Source of the DNA: an uncultured Planctomycetota bacterium | Lineage (GTDB): Bacteria > Planctomycetota > Planctomycetia > Gemmatales > Gemmataceae | Reading direction: 5' to 3' | DNA: 64,000 bases | NCBI GenBank assembly: GCA_963849325.1 | Contig: CAWKHF010000009.1 | Location: 352,001 to 416,000, forward strand | Shown here: positions 30,634 through 41,308 of the stretch, piece after piece | Position numbering within the stretch: the stretch's first letter is position 1 | How the letters are laid out: each line of letters opens with the position of its first letter | Position numbers and translations under genes: made by a program | Notes under the pieces: model-generated | The model's database searches: none | What the model saw: only the letters and a program-made list of their open reading frames with translations | What the model was told of the DNA's origin: nothing

Positions 30634-33600
30634 TCACGCCTCTGTCGCGGCTACTTGCGGCATACGGGCGCGATCGCGGGCGCTGGGCGTGCCTTCGCCG
30701 AAGATCAGCAGCAGCGGGCTGGCGATGTAGATCGAGCTGTACGTACCGACGATCACGCCGACGATCATGACGAAGGCGAACAGGTGGACGCCCTCGCCGC
30801 CGAAAATGTACAGCACGATCACCACCAACCACACCGTCATCGACGACAGAATGGTCCGCGTTAGCGTCTGGTTGACGCTGTCGTTAATCATGGTCGCCGT
30901 CAGGATCGGGTTCTTGCCGCGCACCTCGCGGATGCGATCGAAGACGACGATGGTGTCGTTGACCGAGTAGCCCACCAGCGTCAGATAGCGCGGCGATGGC
31001 CGGCAGGTCGATCTTGAAGTCGCTGATGAGGAGCAGGTTGCCCAGCCAGGTGCCGTGCAGGTAGTGGCAGCCGGCGATGATGCCGAGCGTGAAGAGCAGG
31101 TCGTGCAACAGGCACAACACGGCGGCGGCGCCGAAGGTCCAGTTGCCGAAGCGGAACCACAGGTAGAGCAGGATGGCGCCCCAGCTCGCCAGGATGGCGT
31201 ACAGGGCGCGTTCTTGCGTGTTGGCGGCCAGCTGGGCGTCGAAGTTCTCCAGCCGCTCCGGCTGCGGGCTGGTGTCGAACGCCGTCTTGGTCTGCTTGAG
31301 GATCTCCTCGAACTGCTCGCGGCTGATCGGGTCGGTCAGCTCGACTTTCAGCTTCGAGAAGCGGCCGTTCTTCTCGTCGCCGGCTGGCTCGACGCGGAAG
31401 TTGCTCAGCCCTTCCTCGCGCAGCAGCATCGTCACCTGGGCCTTGGAGGCGTAATCCGCCTCGTCCGAGTTCGGCTTGGTGAACTCCAGCGTCGCCGACT
31501 TGTTGTTCTTGTCGATCTCGTACTTGTGCAGCTCGATGTACTCCAGGGCGTCACCCAGGCGGGTGTTGATGATCCGCTGCACCTTGCGCGCGTCCTTGTC
31601 CGCCGTGCGGACGGTGAACAGCGAACTCGCGCCGCCCTTGTCGCCGGTGAGGAAGATCTGCTCGATCGAGAGGTCGGGCAACTCGCTTTCCTGCGGCGTC
31701 AGGCCGGGGACCGGGACGTTCTGTTCGAGCTTCTGCCGCAGGCTGGTCATGTCCAGCGGCTTGGCGAGCTTGCCGGTGTAGGCGGTGCCGCCGATGAAGT
31801 CGATGTTCATGACGCTGCCGCCGCGCTCGGCGGGATTCAGACGCCAGACGAACAGGCCCGCTCCCAGGACGGTCAAGATGATGGTGGCCGTGAACCAGTA
31901 ATAGCGGATGCCCATGAAGTCCCAGTGGTGCCGGTGCAGCACCCGCACCAGCCCCTGGTAGAAGCTCAGCTTGTGCAGCCAGCCCTTCGACTGCCACAGG
32001 TCGAACATCGTCCGCGTCATGAACAGCGACGTGAACAGACTGATGATGAGGCCCATCGTCAAGCTGATGCCGAAGCCCTTCAGCTGATCGTTGCCGACGA
32101 CGTACAGCACGATGGCGGTGAAGATGCTCGACAGGTGCGTGTCGATGATGGTCGGAAAAGCTCGGTCGTAGCCGTTGCGGATGGCCAGGGCGAGGCTGGC
32201 GCCGCGTTCGCGCTCCTCGCGCAGACGTTCGTAAATGAGCACGTTGGCATCGACGGCCATGCCGAGCATGAGCACCAATCCGGCCAGGCCCGGCAGCGTG
32301 AAGGTGGCGTTGACCAGCACCATGAACGCGACCGTCAGCACCAGGTTGGCCAGCAGCGCGACACAGGCCACGATGCCGGCGAAACGATAGTAGAACAGCA
32401 TGAACACCAGCACCGCCACGAAGGCGATGCCGACCGACAGCGTGCCCTTGAAAATGGTGTCGCTGCCCAGGGTCGGTCCCATGCTGTTTTCGCTGACCGG
32501 ATTGGGCTTGAGCGTCGCCGGCAGGGCGCCGGCGCGGAGGATGGTAACCAGCTCCTGCACGGTCTTCTGCGTGAAGCCGCCGGAGATTTCGCCACGGTCG
32601 CGGATGGCGCTGCGCAGGCCGGGAGCGGCGCGGATCTGGCCGTCGAGGACGATGGCCAGCTGGCGCTCGAAGCTGCCCTCGGCCTTGGCCGGCCGATTGA
32701 GGTTGGTCAGCTCGTAAAACAGGTTGGCGCCGTCGCTGTTGAAACCGAAGTGGACGGCCGGTTCGCCGCGCTGGCTGGGACCGGCGATGGCCTGCGACAG
32801 GTAATCGCCGGTGATCTCCTTGCCCGGCTCGGGATTGCGGGTCAGGATGAAATACTCGTAGAGCTTGCCCTGCTGACGATCCTTGGGTGAGAGCCGATCC
32901 GGATTGGGGATGGCTCGGCTGTACAGCAAGAAGCGTCCGCCTCCCAGCGGCGGAAAGCGGATCGCTTCCTTGTCGCGCACGTTGGCGACGGCCTGCCACT
33001 GTGGCGCATGCCCCGGAACCTTGGCGGCGTCGTTGTTCAGGTGGAGACTGTACAGCTCCTCCTTGCCGACCTCGACCCAGCTGTAGGACGGATTGATGGT
33101 TTCGCCGTTGAGGGTGACGGAAAAGTTCTTGCCGCCGTCCTCGGGCGCGGCGGCGGCGGCGGATCGCCGACGAACGCCAAATGCTGCAGCGTGTCCGCGT
33201 TGTCGGGGTTCTTCAAATAGTCCTCGGCCCGCTTGATGGCGTCGATGTCATCGACGGGGTTGGCGAGGATGCGGAACTCCAACCGGCCCTGCTGCTGGAT
33301 GAGGTTCTTGATGTTCTCGACTTCCTCGCTCGTCAGGGCGCGGCGGCCCTTGGCCACCTTGTAATGGCCCTCAACGAACTCGGAAATGTCCTTGATGTTC
33401 GCGTCGGGGTTGAGCTTGCTGATGCGATCGACGAGCACCTGCTTCTGTCCGAACGGTACACCGGTGTAGGGATTGTCTTCCTCCTTGGGTGGCCACTTGG
33501 CCTCGACGTCGTTGAGCAGGGCGTGCCAGGCTTCGATCTCGGCGTTCTGCTGGCCGGCGCCGCCGGTCGGCAGGATGATCTCGACGCGCGGCGTCTCGCC

Positions 33601-33852
33601 GCCGGCCGGACGGATGGTGACGTTGTACAGGTCGGCCGGGTCGATGCGCCGTTTCAGCGCCGCGGCCAATTCGTCGGCTTTGTACTCCTGGTCGCCCTGT
33701 TTGCTCTTGTCCACCTCGTAGACGAGGATGGTGCCGCCGACCAGATCGACGCCGAGGCGGAACTTGCCGGCGGTGTAGGCCCAGGCACACACGGCGACGG
33801 CCACCACGACCGGCACCACGCAAATCAGAATCCTACTGAGATACGATTTCAT
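30634..33852 (-). CDS. secDF: Fused SecD/SecF translocase subunit; frameshifted
   Basis: [28 protein letters not shown]...[48 protein letters not shown]. Confidence 0.93.
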
Positions 33853-33882
33853 GATCGGACTTCATGCCTTTCGTCGCGCTCT

Positions 33883-33943
33883 GGCGAGCGGGGGCGTAAG
33901 CCCCCTGTTGCGCCCAACAGGGGGCTTACGCCCCCCGCTCGCC
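33883..33943. repeat. REP-like palindrome, family B (GGCGTAAG core)
   Basis: ggcgagcgggggcgtaagccccctgttg with a near-perfect inverted copy, between yajC and secDF. Confidence 0.85.
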
Positions 33944-33948
33944 GGCAT

Positions 33949-34311
33949 TTACGCCTTGGCTTCTTTCGCCGCCTTGGCCTGCTTGGCCGCCTCTTCGTTC
34001 GTCAGATTGCGGACGACGCTCGCCTTGGTCATCTTCAAGCGAACATTGTCGGCCACCTTCACGGTGATTCGGTCGTCGGTCTCGCTGATGTCTACCACGG
34101 TGCCGTAGATGCCGGCGCCGGTCAGCACTTCGTCGTTCTTCTTGAGGTTGCTGGCCATCGTCTGCCGTTCCTGTTCCTGCCGTTTGAGCGGGCGGATGAG
34201 CAGGAAATAGGCCAGGACCGCGATGAGGATGAGCGGCAGGAACCCCAACCCGCCGCCCATGCCTTGATTCTTGTTCTCTTCCTCGGCCAGCACGATCAAC
34301 GCTTGCAGCAT
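33949..34311 (-). CDS. yajC: Preprotein translocase subunit YajC
   Basis: YFLLIRP...LKKNDEVLTGAGIYGTVV; lies between tgt and secD. Confidence 0.92.
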   Translation of the reverse strand: MLQALIVLAEEENKNQGMGGGLGFLPLILIAVLAYFLLIRPLKRQEQERQTMASNLKKNDEVLTGAGIYGTVVDISETDDRITVKVADNVRLKMTKASVVRNLTNEEAAKQAKAAKEAKA

Positions 34312-34357
34312 GAACAACCTCTCAGCCGACGCGGTATCCTGGATGAAAAGGGGTATT

Positions 34358-35467
34358 TTAAGACGAGCCGCCCCAGCGGGCAAGACGGACTGCGGCGAAG
34401 TCGTCGAACCGGCGTTCCTCGATGGCCTGGCGCACCCCGGCCATCAGCCGGCAGTAGAACGCCACGTTATGCAGCGACAGCAGCGTCGGTCCCAGCATCT
34501 CCCTGGCGAGGAAGAGGTGGTGCAGGTACGCTCGGCTGAAATGCCGGCACACGTAGCACGGACAACCGGACTCCAACGGTCGAGGATCTCGCTTGTGGCA
34601 GGTGTTGCGTAGCCGAATTTCGCCGTCGTCAGTGAAGGCCGAGGCGTTGCGGCCGTTGCGCGTCGGCAGGACGCAATCGAACATATCGATGCCGGCGCGA
34701 ACGCCGGCGACGAGATCGCAGGGCCGGCCGACGCCCATGAGGTAGCGCGGCTTGCCGGCCGGCAACAGCGCCGCCGTCGGTCCCAGGGCGGCGACCATCT
34801 GCGCTTCGGTCTCGCCGACGCTGAAGCCGCCCAGGGCGTAGCCGGGGAAGTCCAGGTCCGTCAGGGCACGGGCGCAGCGAGCGCGCAACTCCAGGTCCGT
34901 GCCGCCCTGGACGATGGCGAACAGCGCCTGATCGAGTCGCCGGTGCGCCGTCCGGCAGCGCTCGGCCCAGTGAATCGTTCGCTCGACGGCGACGCGCAGA
35001 TAGTCTGGTGGCGTGTCGTGCGGCGGGCATTCGTCCAGGCACATGGCGATGTCGGAGCCGAGGTTCTCCTGAATGGCGATGGCGCGCTCCGGCGTGAGGT
35101 CCACCAGGACGCCGTCGATGTGCGAGCGGAAGACGGCGGCGCGGTCGTCGATCTTGCGTGTCTGCGCCAGGCTGTAAACCTGGAAGCCGCCGCTGTCGGT
35201 GAGGATGGGCCGGTCCCAGGCCATGAAGCGATGCAGCCCACCCAGTTCCGCGACGACTTCGTCGCCGGGGCGCAGGCAGAGGTGGTAGGTGTTGCCGAGG
35301 AGAATTTGGGCGCCGGCGTCGCGGACCTGTTCGGGGGTCAGCCCCTTGACGGTGGCTTGCGTGCCGACCGGCATGAACACCGGCGTCTCGACGGAGCCGT
35401 GCGCCGTGTGCAGCCGCCCGCGCCGCGCCGCGCCGTCGCTGCCCAGCAGGTCAAAACGAAAAGCCAT
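34358..35467 (-). CDS. tgt: tRNA-guanine transglycosylase
   Basis: TPVFMPVGT, NTYHL, TDSGGFQV, LDEC, VQGG, PRYLMGVG, DMFDCVLPTR, CxCxxC...H zinc site. Confidence 0.97.
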   Translation of the reverse strand: MAFRFDLLGSDGAARRGRLHTAHGSVETPVFMPVGTQATVKGLTPEQVRDAGAQILLGNTYHLCLRPGDEVVAELGGLHRFMAWDRPILTDSGGFQVYSLAQTRKIDDRAAVFRSHIDGVLVDLTPERAIAIQENLGSDIAMCLDECPPHDTPPDYLRVAVERTIHWAERCRTAHRRLDQALFAIVQGGTDLELRARCARALTDLDFPGYALGGFSVGETEAQMVAALGPTAALLPAGKPRYLMGVGRPCDLVAGVRAGIDMFDCVLPTRNGRNASAFTDDGEIRLRNTCHKRDPRPLESGCPCYVCRHFSRAYLHHLFLAREMLGPTLLSLHNVAFYCRLMAGVRQAIEERRFDDFAAVRLARWGGSS

Positions 35468-35487
35468 GTTTCGCTCGGAGCAACAAT

Positions 35488-35552
35488 GTTTAGCCGCGAC
35501 GCGCAGCGGAGCGTGGGAATCTCCCGCGCTCCGCTGCGCGTCGCGGCTAAAC
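35488..35552. repeat. REP-like palindrome, family A
   Basis: Same arm sequence as at 12598. Confidence 0.95.
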
Positions 35553-35558
35553 GAGGAA

Positions 35559-37142
35559 CTACTGAATGCGCAGACTGCGGACCCATTCCGCTTCGCGGGC
35601 GATCTCCTCGTCGGACAGACCGCTGGAGCGATGGATCTCGGCGCGGGCCATCTTGCCGCTAGTCATGTCCAGGGCCATGACGTCGATCAGGCCGTTGCTG
35701 CCGACGCCGCAGCGCACTTGCACCGGCGACGACTTGGGCAGGTTCGGCGGTAGTCCCTCGATCCAGCATTCGCCGATGTTGATGCAGGCGTCGGCCTGCG
35801 TCGCCTCGCCTTGCAGCACCTTGACGCGGACGCGCTGCTGATTCTCGCCGACGGTGCAGTAGACCCGACTCGCCGCCGTCGGCAGCTGCGTGTTCTTGGG
35901 AATGAGTACGTCGTTGACGCGCTCCGGGCCTTGCTTGACCTCGATGCCGAGGCTGTGGGCGTTGACGTTGATCTCGACCACCTTCGACAGCGCCTGGCGA
36001 GCGGCTTCTTCCATGAGCAGGTCTTCGCCGAAGTCCTGGGCGGCGACGATGCCGGCGTGCAGGGCGGCGCCGCGGGCAACGACCTCGCTGACGGCCAGCG
36101 AGTTGTCCGGCTCCTTGCCGCTCAACTCGTGGAGCATCTGCCGCGTCATCGGCATGTGCGTCGAGCCGCCCACCAGCAGGATGCGATCGACCTGCTCCCA
36201 GTTCAGTCCCGCCTGTCGCAGTAGTTGCTGCGTGGTCAAGCGTGTGCGCACCAGCAGATCGCGTGTCAGCGACTCGAAGTCGGCACGGCTCAGCGGCACG
36301 GTCAGCACTCGGCCGGCGTGCATGCAGGTGAGAGTGGTCTGCGGCAGCTTGCTCAGCGTGCGCTTGGCGCGTTCGGCGGCGCTTTGCAGGTTGACCAGGG
36401 CCTGCGCTTCGGAGCGCGGGTCGATGCCGGCCTGGCGCTTGAACAGGTTGGCGACGTGATCGACGATGCGGTCGTCCCAGTCCTTGCCGCCTAGGCGCAC
36501 ATCGCCCTCAATGGCGAGGGTCTGGAAGTGCTGCTGCGACAGGCGAACGAGGGTGACATCGAAGGTGCCGCCGCCGAGGTCGTAGACGAGGACGGTGCGC
36601 TGCTCCCAGGGCAGCAGGCCGGCCGGCTGCTCCGGCGTGCCGGGCTGGAGTTGCCGTAGCGAGTAGGCCAGGGCGGCGGCGGTCGGCTCGTCGAGGATGT
36701 CGAGTACGTCCAGCCCGGCGATACGGCCGGCGTCCTTGGTGGCCTTGCGGCGCGTGTCGTCGAAGTAGGCCGGAACCGTGATGACGGCCCGGCTGACCGG
36801 ACCGATGCGCAGCTCGGCGTCCTGGACGAGCTTGCGCAGGATGATGGCCGACAGCGTCTCGGGACGGAAATCTCGGCCGGCGACCACTCGGCCGAGGGTC
36901 GGATGGCCCATGCGCCGTTTGATGAGCGTGGCGACGCGATCGGGCTGCTCCAGGGCCACGTCGAGGGCGGCCTGACCGACGACCGCCGAGCCGTCGTCCA
37001 ACAGCAGCACGGCGCTGGGCGTCAGCATGTCGCCGTCGCGGTTGGGCAGTGTCACCGGCTGGCCGTGATCGTCCAGACTGGCGATGGCCGAAAACGTGGT
37101 GCCCAGATCGATGCCGACCAGCTTGGCTGTTCCGCCTGCCAT
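35559..37142 (-). CDS. Hsp70-family protein (DnaK paralog, shortened C-terminus)
   Basis: GIDLGTTFS, TVPAYFDD, EPTAAALAY, DLGGGTFD, LGGKDWD, VGGSTHMP; about 527 aa. Confidence 0.9.
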   Translation of the reverse strand: MAGGTAKLVGIDLGTTFSAIASLDDHGQPVTLPNRDGDMLTPSAVLLLDDGSAVVGQAALDVALEQPDRVATLIKRRMGHPTLGRVVAGRDFRPETLSAIILRKLVQDAELRIGPVSRAVITVPAYFDDTRRKATKDAGRIAGLDVLDILDEPTAAALAYSLRQLQPGTPEQPAGLLPWEQRTVLVYDLGGGTFDVTLVRLSQQHFQTLAIEGDVRLGGKDWDDRIVDHVANLFKRQAGIDPRSEAQALVNLQSAAERAKRTLSKLPQTTLTCMHAGRVLTVPLSRADFESLTRDLLVRTRLTTQQLLRQAGLNWEQVDRILLVGGSTHMPMTRQMLHELSGKEPDNSLAVSEVVARGAALHAGIVAAQDFGEDLLMEEAARQALSKVVEINVNAHSLGIEVKQGPERVNDVLIPKNTQLPTAASRVYCTVGENQQRVRVKVLQGEATQADACINIGECWIEGLPPNLPKSSPVQVRCGVGSNGLIDVMALDMTSGKMARAEIHRSSGLSDEEIAREAEWVRSLRIQ

Positions 37143-37330
37143 GCCGTATCCCGTTGTCGGGGTGCAAGTTGAAAAACAAGACGAGCGGCGAGCCGCCTCG
37201 GCGCGTGCCGTCCCTGCGAAATTGTAACGGTCGGCCACGACGGACGGAAGAGGGAGAGTGGGGTTGCCTCCCGACGCTGGCTGTGCGACACTCCCTCGGG
37301 CCTATCGGATCGAATCGAGCCGGGGCAAGG

Positions 37331-38422
37331 ATGCCGCGCATGTTCGGACCAAGCCGACCTCCTCTGTTTGCCTGTTCCGCCGAACGGATCGCCCTGCTCA
37401 AGCCCAGTGCCCTGGGCGACATCATCCACAGTTTGCCGGTACTGACAGCCCTACGACAGCGTTTTCCGCACGCCCACATCACCTGGGTGGTCAACCGGGT
37501 CTATGAGCCGCTGCTGAGCGGTCACCGCGACCTGGACGACACGCTGCCGCTGGACCGGCGCGCATCGCGCAGCGGTTGGCGGACGGCGGCGCGGTCGTGG
37601 CTGGGCTTCCTGAGCGAGTTGCGTCGGCGACGCTTCGATCTGGTCATCGACTTGCAGGGTCTCTTTCGCACGGGCTTGATGGCAGCGGTGAGCGGAGCGA
37701 GGCGGCGCGTCGGCTTGAGTACGGCCCGCGAAGGCGCTACCTGGTCCTACACCGACGTTGTTGCCGTGGCCGACTTCAACGCCCTCCACGCCGTCGATCG
37801 CTGCTGGCGGATCGCCGAAGCGTTCGGCGTCGGCGACGTACCCAGGCAGTTCCACATCCCCATCCCGGACGAGGCGCGGCGCTGGGCCGACGAACGGACG
37901 CGGAGTTGTCCGCGTCCGTGGCTGATGATCGGTCCCGGAGCGCGCTGGCCGACCAAGCGCTGGCCGCCGGAGCACTTCGCCGCCCTGGCCCGGCGCGCCG
38001 GGGCCGAGTTCGGCGGCACGGTCTTCCTCGTCGGCGGCGATGACGAGACGCCCCTGGCCGAGGCGGTGCAAGCGCGGCTGAACAACGGTCCCTCGCACGA
38101 TTTGACCGGCCGCACCACGCTGCCGCGCCTGGCGGCGCTGCTGGAGCGCGCGGACGTGATGCTGGCCAACGACACCGGGCCGTTGCACCTGGCGGCGGCC
38201 CTGGGCCGGCCGGTCATCGCTCCCTATACTTGCACCAAGGTTCGGCTCAACGGCCCTTACCCGGCCGCGCGCGGGGCGGTCGAATCGACCGTCCGCTGCC
38301 AGGGCAGTTACGTCAAACGCTGCGGCCGGCTGGAGTGCATGAGGGAGCTGACGCCGGATCGTCTGTGGCTTCCACTGCGCGAGGTGTTGCGGTCATGGTC
38401 GAGTCGAACGCGATGCGGCTAA
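37331..38422 (+). CDS. LPS heptosyltransferase (GT9, WaaC/WaaF-like)
   Basis: KPSALGDIIH, FDLVIDLQG, TKRWP, NDTGPLHLAAA. Confidence 0.9.
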   Translation: MPRMFGPSRPPLFACSAERIALLKPSALGDIIHSLPVLTALRQRFPHAHITWVVNRVYEPLLSGHRDLDDTLPLDRRASRSGWRTAARSWLGFLSELRRRRFDLVIDLQGLFRTGLMAAVSGARRRVGLSTAREGATWSYTDVVAVADFNALHAVDRCWRIAEAFGVGDVPRQFHIPIPDEARRWADERTRSCPRPWLMIGPGARWPTKRWPPEHFAALARRAGAEFGGTVFLVGGDDETPLAEAVQARLNNGPSHDLTGRTTLPRLAALLERADVMLANDTGPLHLAAALGRPVIAPYTCTKVRLNGPYPAARGAVESTVRCQGSYVKRCGRLECMRELTPDRLWLPLREVLRSWSSRTRCG

Positions 38423-39012
38423 TTCTGGCCAGCGCCTCGCCGGCCCGCCGTGAACTGCTGGCCCGCACCGGCTATCCCTTCGAGGTAATGCCCGCCGACA
38501 TCGACGAGCCGCAGAGCGGTTTCGACGATCCGCGCACGTTCGTGCAGACGGTGTCCTGGCTCAAGGCCTCCGCCGTGGCCCCGCGGATCGACGCCGGCCT
38601 GGTCCTGGCCGCCGACACCATCGCCTGGATCAACGATCACCCCATCCTCAAGCCGGCCGACGAGGCCGACGCCCGCCGCATCCTCCGTGAGATGGCCGGC
38701 CGCGAACATGACCTGTGGACCGGAGTCGTCCTGTGGCGTCGTCCCGATGACGTGCAGGTCGCCTGGCAGGAACAAACGCGCGTGGCCGTTGCCCCTCTTA
38801 GCGATGCCGAACTGGATGTTTATCTTGCCACTCGCTCGTGGCGGGGCCATTCGGGCGCCTATGCCATTCAAGAGAAGGATGACCCGTATGTCCGCGTAGT
38901 GCGCGGCAGCATCAACAACGTCATTGGCTTGCCGCTGGAAAGCCTGACGGCAACGCTGGCCTGGCTGCTTCCTCGGCAGGCGCCGTATTCCGACAAAGAA
39001 CCTCTCGTTTAG
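38395..39012 (+). CDS. maf: Maf family nucleoside triphosphate pyrophosphatase
   Basis: LILASASPARRELL, KA, ADT, KP, GAYAIQ, NVIGLP. Confidence 0.92.
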   Translation: MVESNAMRLILASASPARRELLARTGYPFEVMPADIDEPQSGFDDPRTFVQTVSWLKASAVAPRIDAGLVLAADTIAWINDHPILKPADEADARRILREMAGREHDLWTGVVLWRRPDDVQVAWQEQTRVAVAPLSDAELDVYLATRSWRGHSGAYAIQEKDDPYVRVVRGSINNVIGLPLESLTATLAWLLPRQAPYSDKEPLV

Positions 39013-39050
39013 CCGCGAAGCGCGGCGGAGCGCGAGTCTGCTCCGCGTTC
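39006..39050. repeat. Degenerate family A REP arm
   Basis: cgtttagccgcgaagcgcggcggagcgcg; contains the maf TAG. Confidence 0.8.
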
Positions 39051-39286
39051 TAACTGTTTGGCGGCATTACCTCGGTCACGACCTGGACGCGGTTGCGCAG
39101 CTCGCGTCCGTCCAGCAGCGGCAGGATGGTCTCCTGGGCCAACTGCTTGAGGTAGTAGCTGGACACCTTGCCCTGAAGGATGACGGCCGATTCGCTCTCT
39201 TCCAGCAAGAGCTTGCGCAGCGCCGGGATGGGGCTGTGCCGCAAGGCGAGAGCGAGCCGAGATTGTTCCAGGGTCGAAGTGGACAT
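39050..39286 (-). CDS. Single BON-domain protein
   Basis: LQGKVSSYYLKQLAQE...NRVQV. Confidence 0.8.
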   Translation of the reverse strand: MSTSTLEQSRLALALRHSPIPALRKLLLEESESAVILQGKVSSYYLKQLAQETILPLLDGRELRNRVQVVTEVMPPNS

Positions 39287-39818
39287 GCGCACGAATCTCC
39301 TTGCAAACAGTGGCGAAGAAGCTTCTCGCCCAGCGCGGCCGATGTCCTGCGTAGCAGGAAGCACCAAAACGCCACGGGACGAGCGGCCCGGCGAGGCTCT
39401 AACGACGGCGATGTCGCGGATCGTGGTTCGACACTCCAGAGGCCGGGCCTTCAAAAAGCCCCCTACATCCCTGTCCTCGTTGGTGAGTCAAGGTAGATGT
39501 TTGGAAGAACCGGCCGACCGATCCCGATCGGCTCGCCCGGCGCAACCTTGTCTCTTCGTGGACGTCCTTCCGAGACCGCGTCGGACGAACGAGTTCTCAC
39601 GCGATCCATGCTAGACGAGCACCTCGGCGAGAGCAACCAAAATCCGGAGAAGATTTCCAGATTCTTTCACGTCCGAGCGAACCAGGCCCGAGACCCTTCC
39701 AGGTTCGGCAAACTATCTTACAGGGTAGGTCAAGGACATCCGCGCACTCTCCCCTCTTCGTCCGCTTCTGGTATAGGTAATGGAGAGGCCGGTCCCAGCG
39801 GCCGCGAGGAGGAGTCGT

Positions 39819-40986
39819 GTGAAGATCGTCGCACTGAACGCCTATCACGTCCGCATTCCCTTGCGCCGGCGCATCCGTCACGCCTCGCACACGCGCACGG
39901 AGACCGACAACCTTGTCGTCCGCTGCACGCTGGCGGATGGCTCCGAAGGATTCGGGGAAGGCGTGCCGCGCGACTACGTCACGGGTGAGACCATCGATTC
40001 GTCGCTGGATCTGCTGCGCCGTAGCGATCTCGCCGCGCAGGCGGAAGACTGCCGTGATTTCGAGCACGCCGTCGCCGTGGCCGAGCGGTTGCGGCTGGCC
40101 CCGGTCGCCGGCGACGAGCGCGGCTGCGAGGGCAACGCCTCTCGCTGCGCCGTCGAGTTGGCCGTCCTCGACGCCTACGGCCGACACTTCGGCCGGCCGC
40201 TGTCCGACGTCACACGCTTGCTCGCCCCGGAGATCGCATCAGCCGCAACCGCGCGTCCGCTATAGCGGGGCCATCACCACCGCGCGCGGCAACAAGACGC
40301 TGGTAGCCGCCCTCGCCTTCCGCATCTATCGCTTTCGCCAGGTCAAGCTAAAGGTCGGCATGGAAGGCTACGACGATCCGCGTCGCCTGGACGTCATCCG
40401 CCGCTGGGGCGGTCGAAAGATCGACGTGCGTCTGGACGCCAATGAGGCGTGGACGCCGGAGGAGGCGATTGAACGCATCCGCGTCCTGGAGCCGTTCGGC
40501 ATCAGCGCCGTCGAGCAGCCGGTGCCGCACGCCCGGGCCGCCGCCCTGCGCGACGTGCGCCGCCAGGTGCGGACGCCGATCATGCTCGACGAGTCGCTGT
40601 GCGGTCGCTTCGACGCCGAGCGCGCGGTCGAGGGACAGACCTGCGACCTGTTCAACCTGCGCCTGTCGAAGTGCGGCGGATTCATTCCGTCGCTGCGTCT
40701 GGCCGTGTTCGCCAAGCAGCACGGGCTGGGTTGTCAGCTCGGATGCCAGGTCGGCGAGACGGCGATCCTGTCGGCGGCGGGCCGGCACTTCGCCGCCAGC
40801 GTGGCGGGGCTGCGCTATCTCGAAGGCTCCTACGACCGCCACCTGGTGCGCGAAAGCCTGGCGACGACGGACCTGACGTTCGGCTGGGGCGGCTGGGCGC
40901 CGGCGCTGACGGGCGCGGGCCTGGGCATGAACGTCGATCCGCAGGCTCTGCGGCGCGTGACGATCCGCGAGGAAATGCTGTTTTAG
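39819..40986 (+). CDS. Enolase superfamily enzyme (dipeptide epimerase / muconate cycloisomerase-like); frameshift near 40240
   Basis: GTG start; GFGEG, KLKVG, LDANEAW, EQP, LDES, SKCGG, ET. Confidence 0.85.
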
Positions 40987-40991
40987 ACATT

Positions 40992-41060
40992 ATGGCGAAC
41001 AGCCGGCGTAAGTCGGCTGGTGTGGCCCGCACCAGCCGGCTTACGCCGGCCGTTCGCCAT
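40992..41060. repeat. REP-like palindrome, family B
   Basis: atggcgaacagccggcgtaagtcggctggtg plus inverted arm; near-identical to 59904-59994. Confidence 0.92.
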
Positions 41061-41308
41061 TCGGTTATTTTTCTCTATTCGCGTGATTCCTGGATTTTTA
41101 TGGAGCATCGCCCATCTTCCGTATCTCCCCCGCCTCGAACAATCCATTCGGCCCTCGCCCGAAAAAGTTGATTCAAGAAAGTTCCCCTCAAGGGCCGATC
41201 CAATCGAACAGGGTGGGATTGTGCCGATTTTTCGGCGTTTGCCGAGGACGTTATTTCCTCGTAGGGTCTGCGTCGTTGTACACGTGCGGGATGGCAGGGA
41301 GGTTGGCC

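Noticed and set aside
23774-33852. ppk1, glgC and secDF as pseudogenes or programmed frameshifts
   Set aside because: Indels are widespread, hit essential genes and show no shared slippery motif; sequencing error is more parsimonious.
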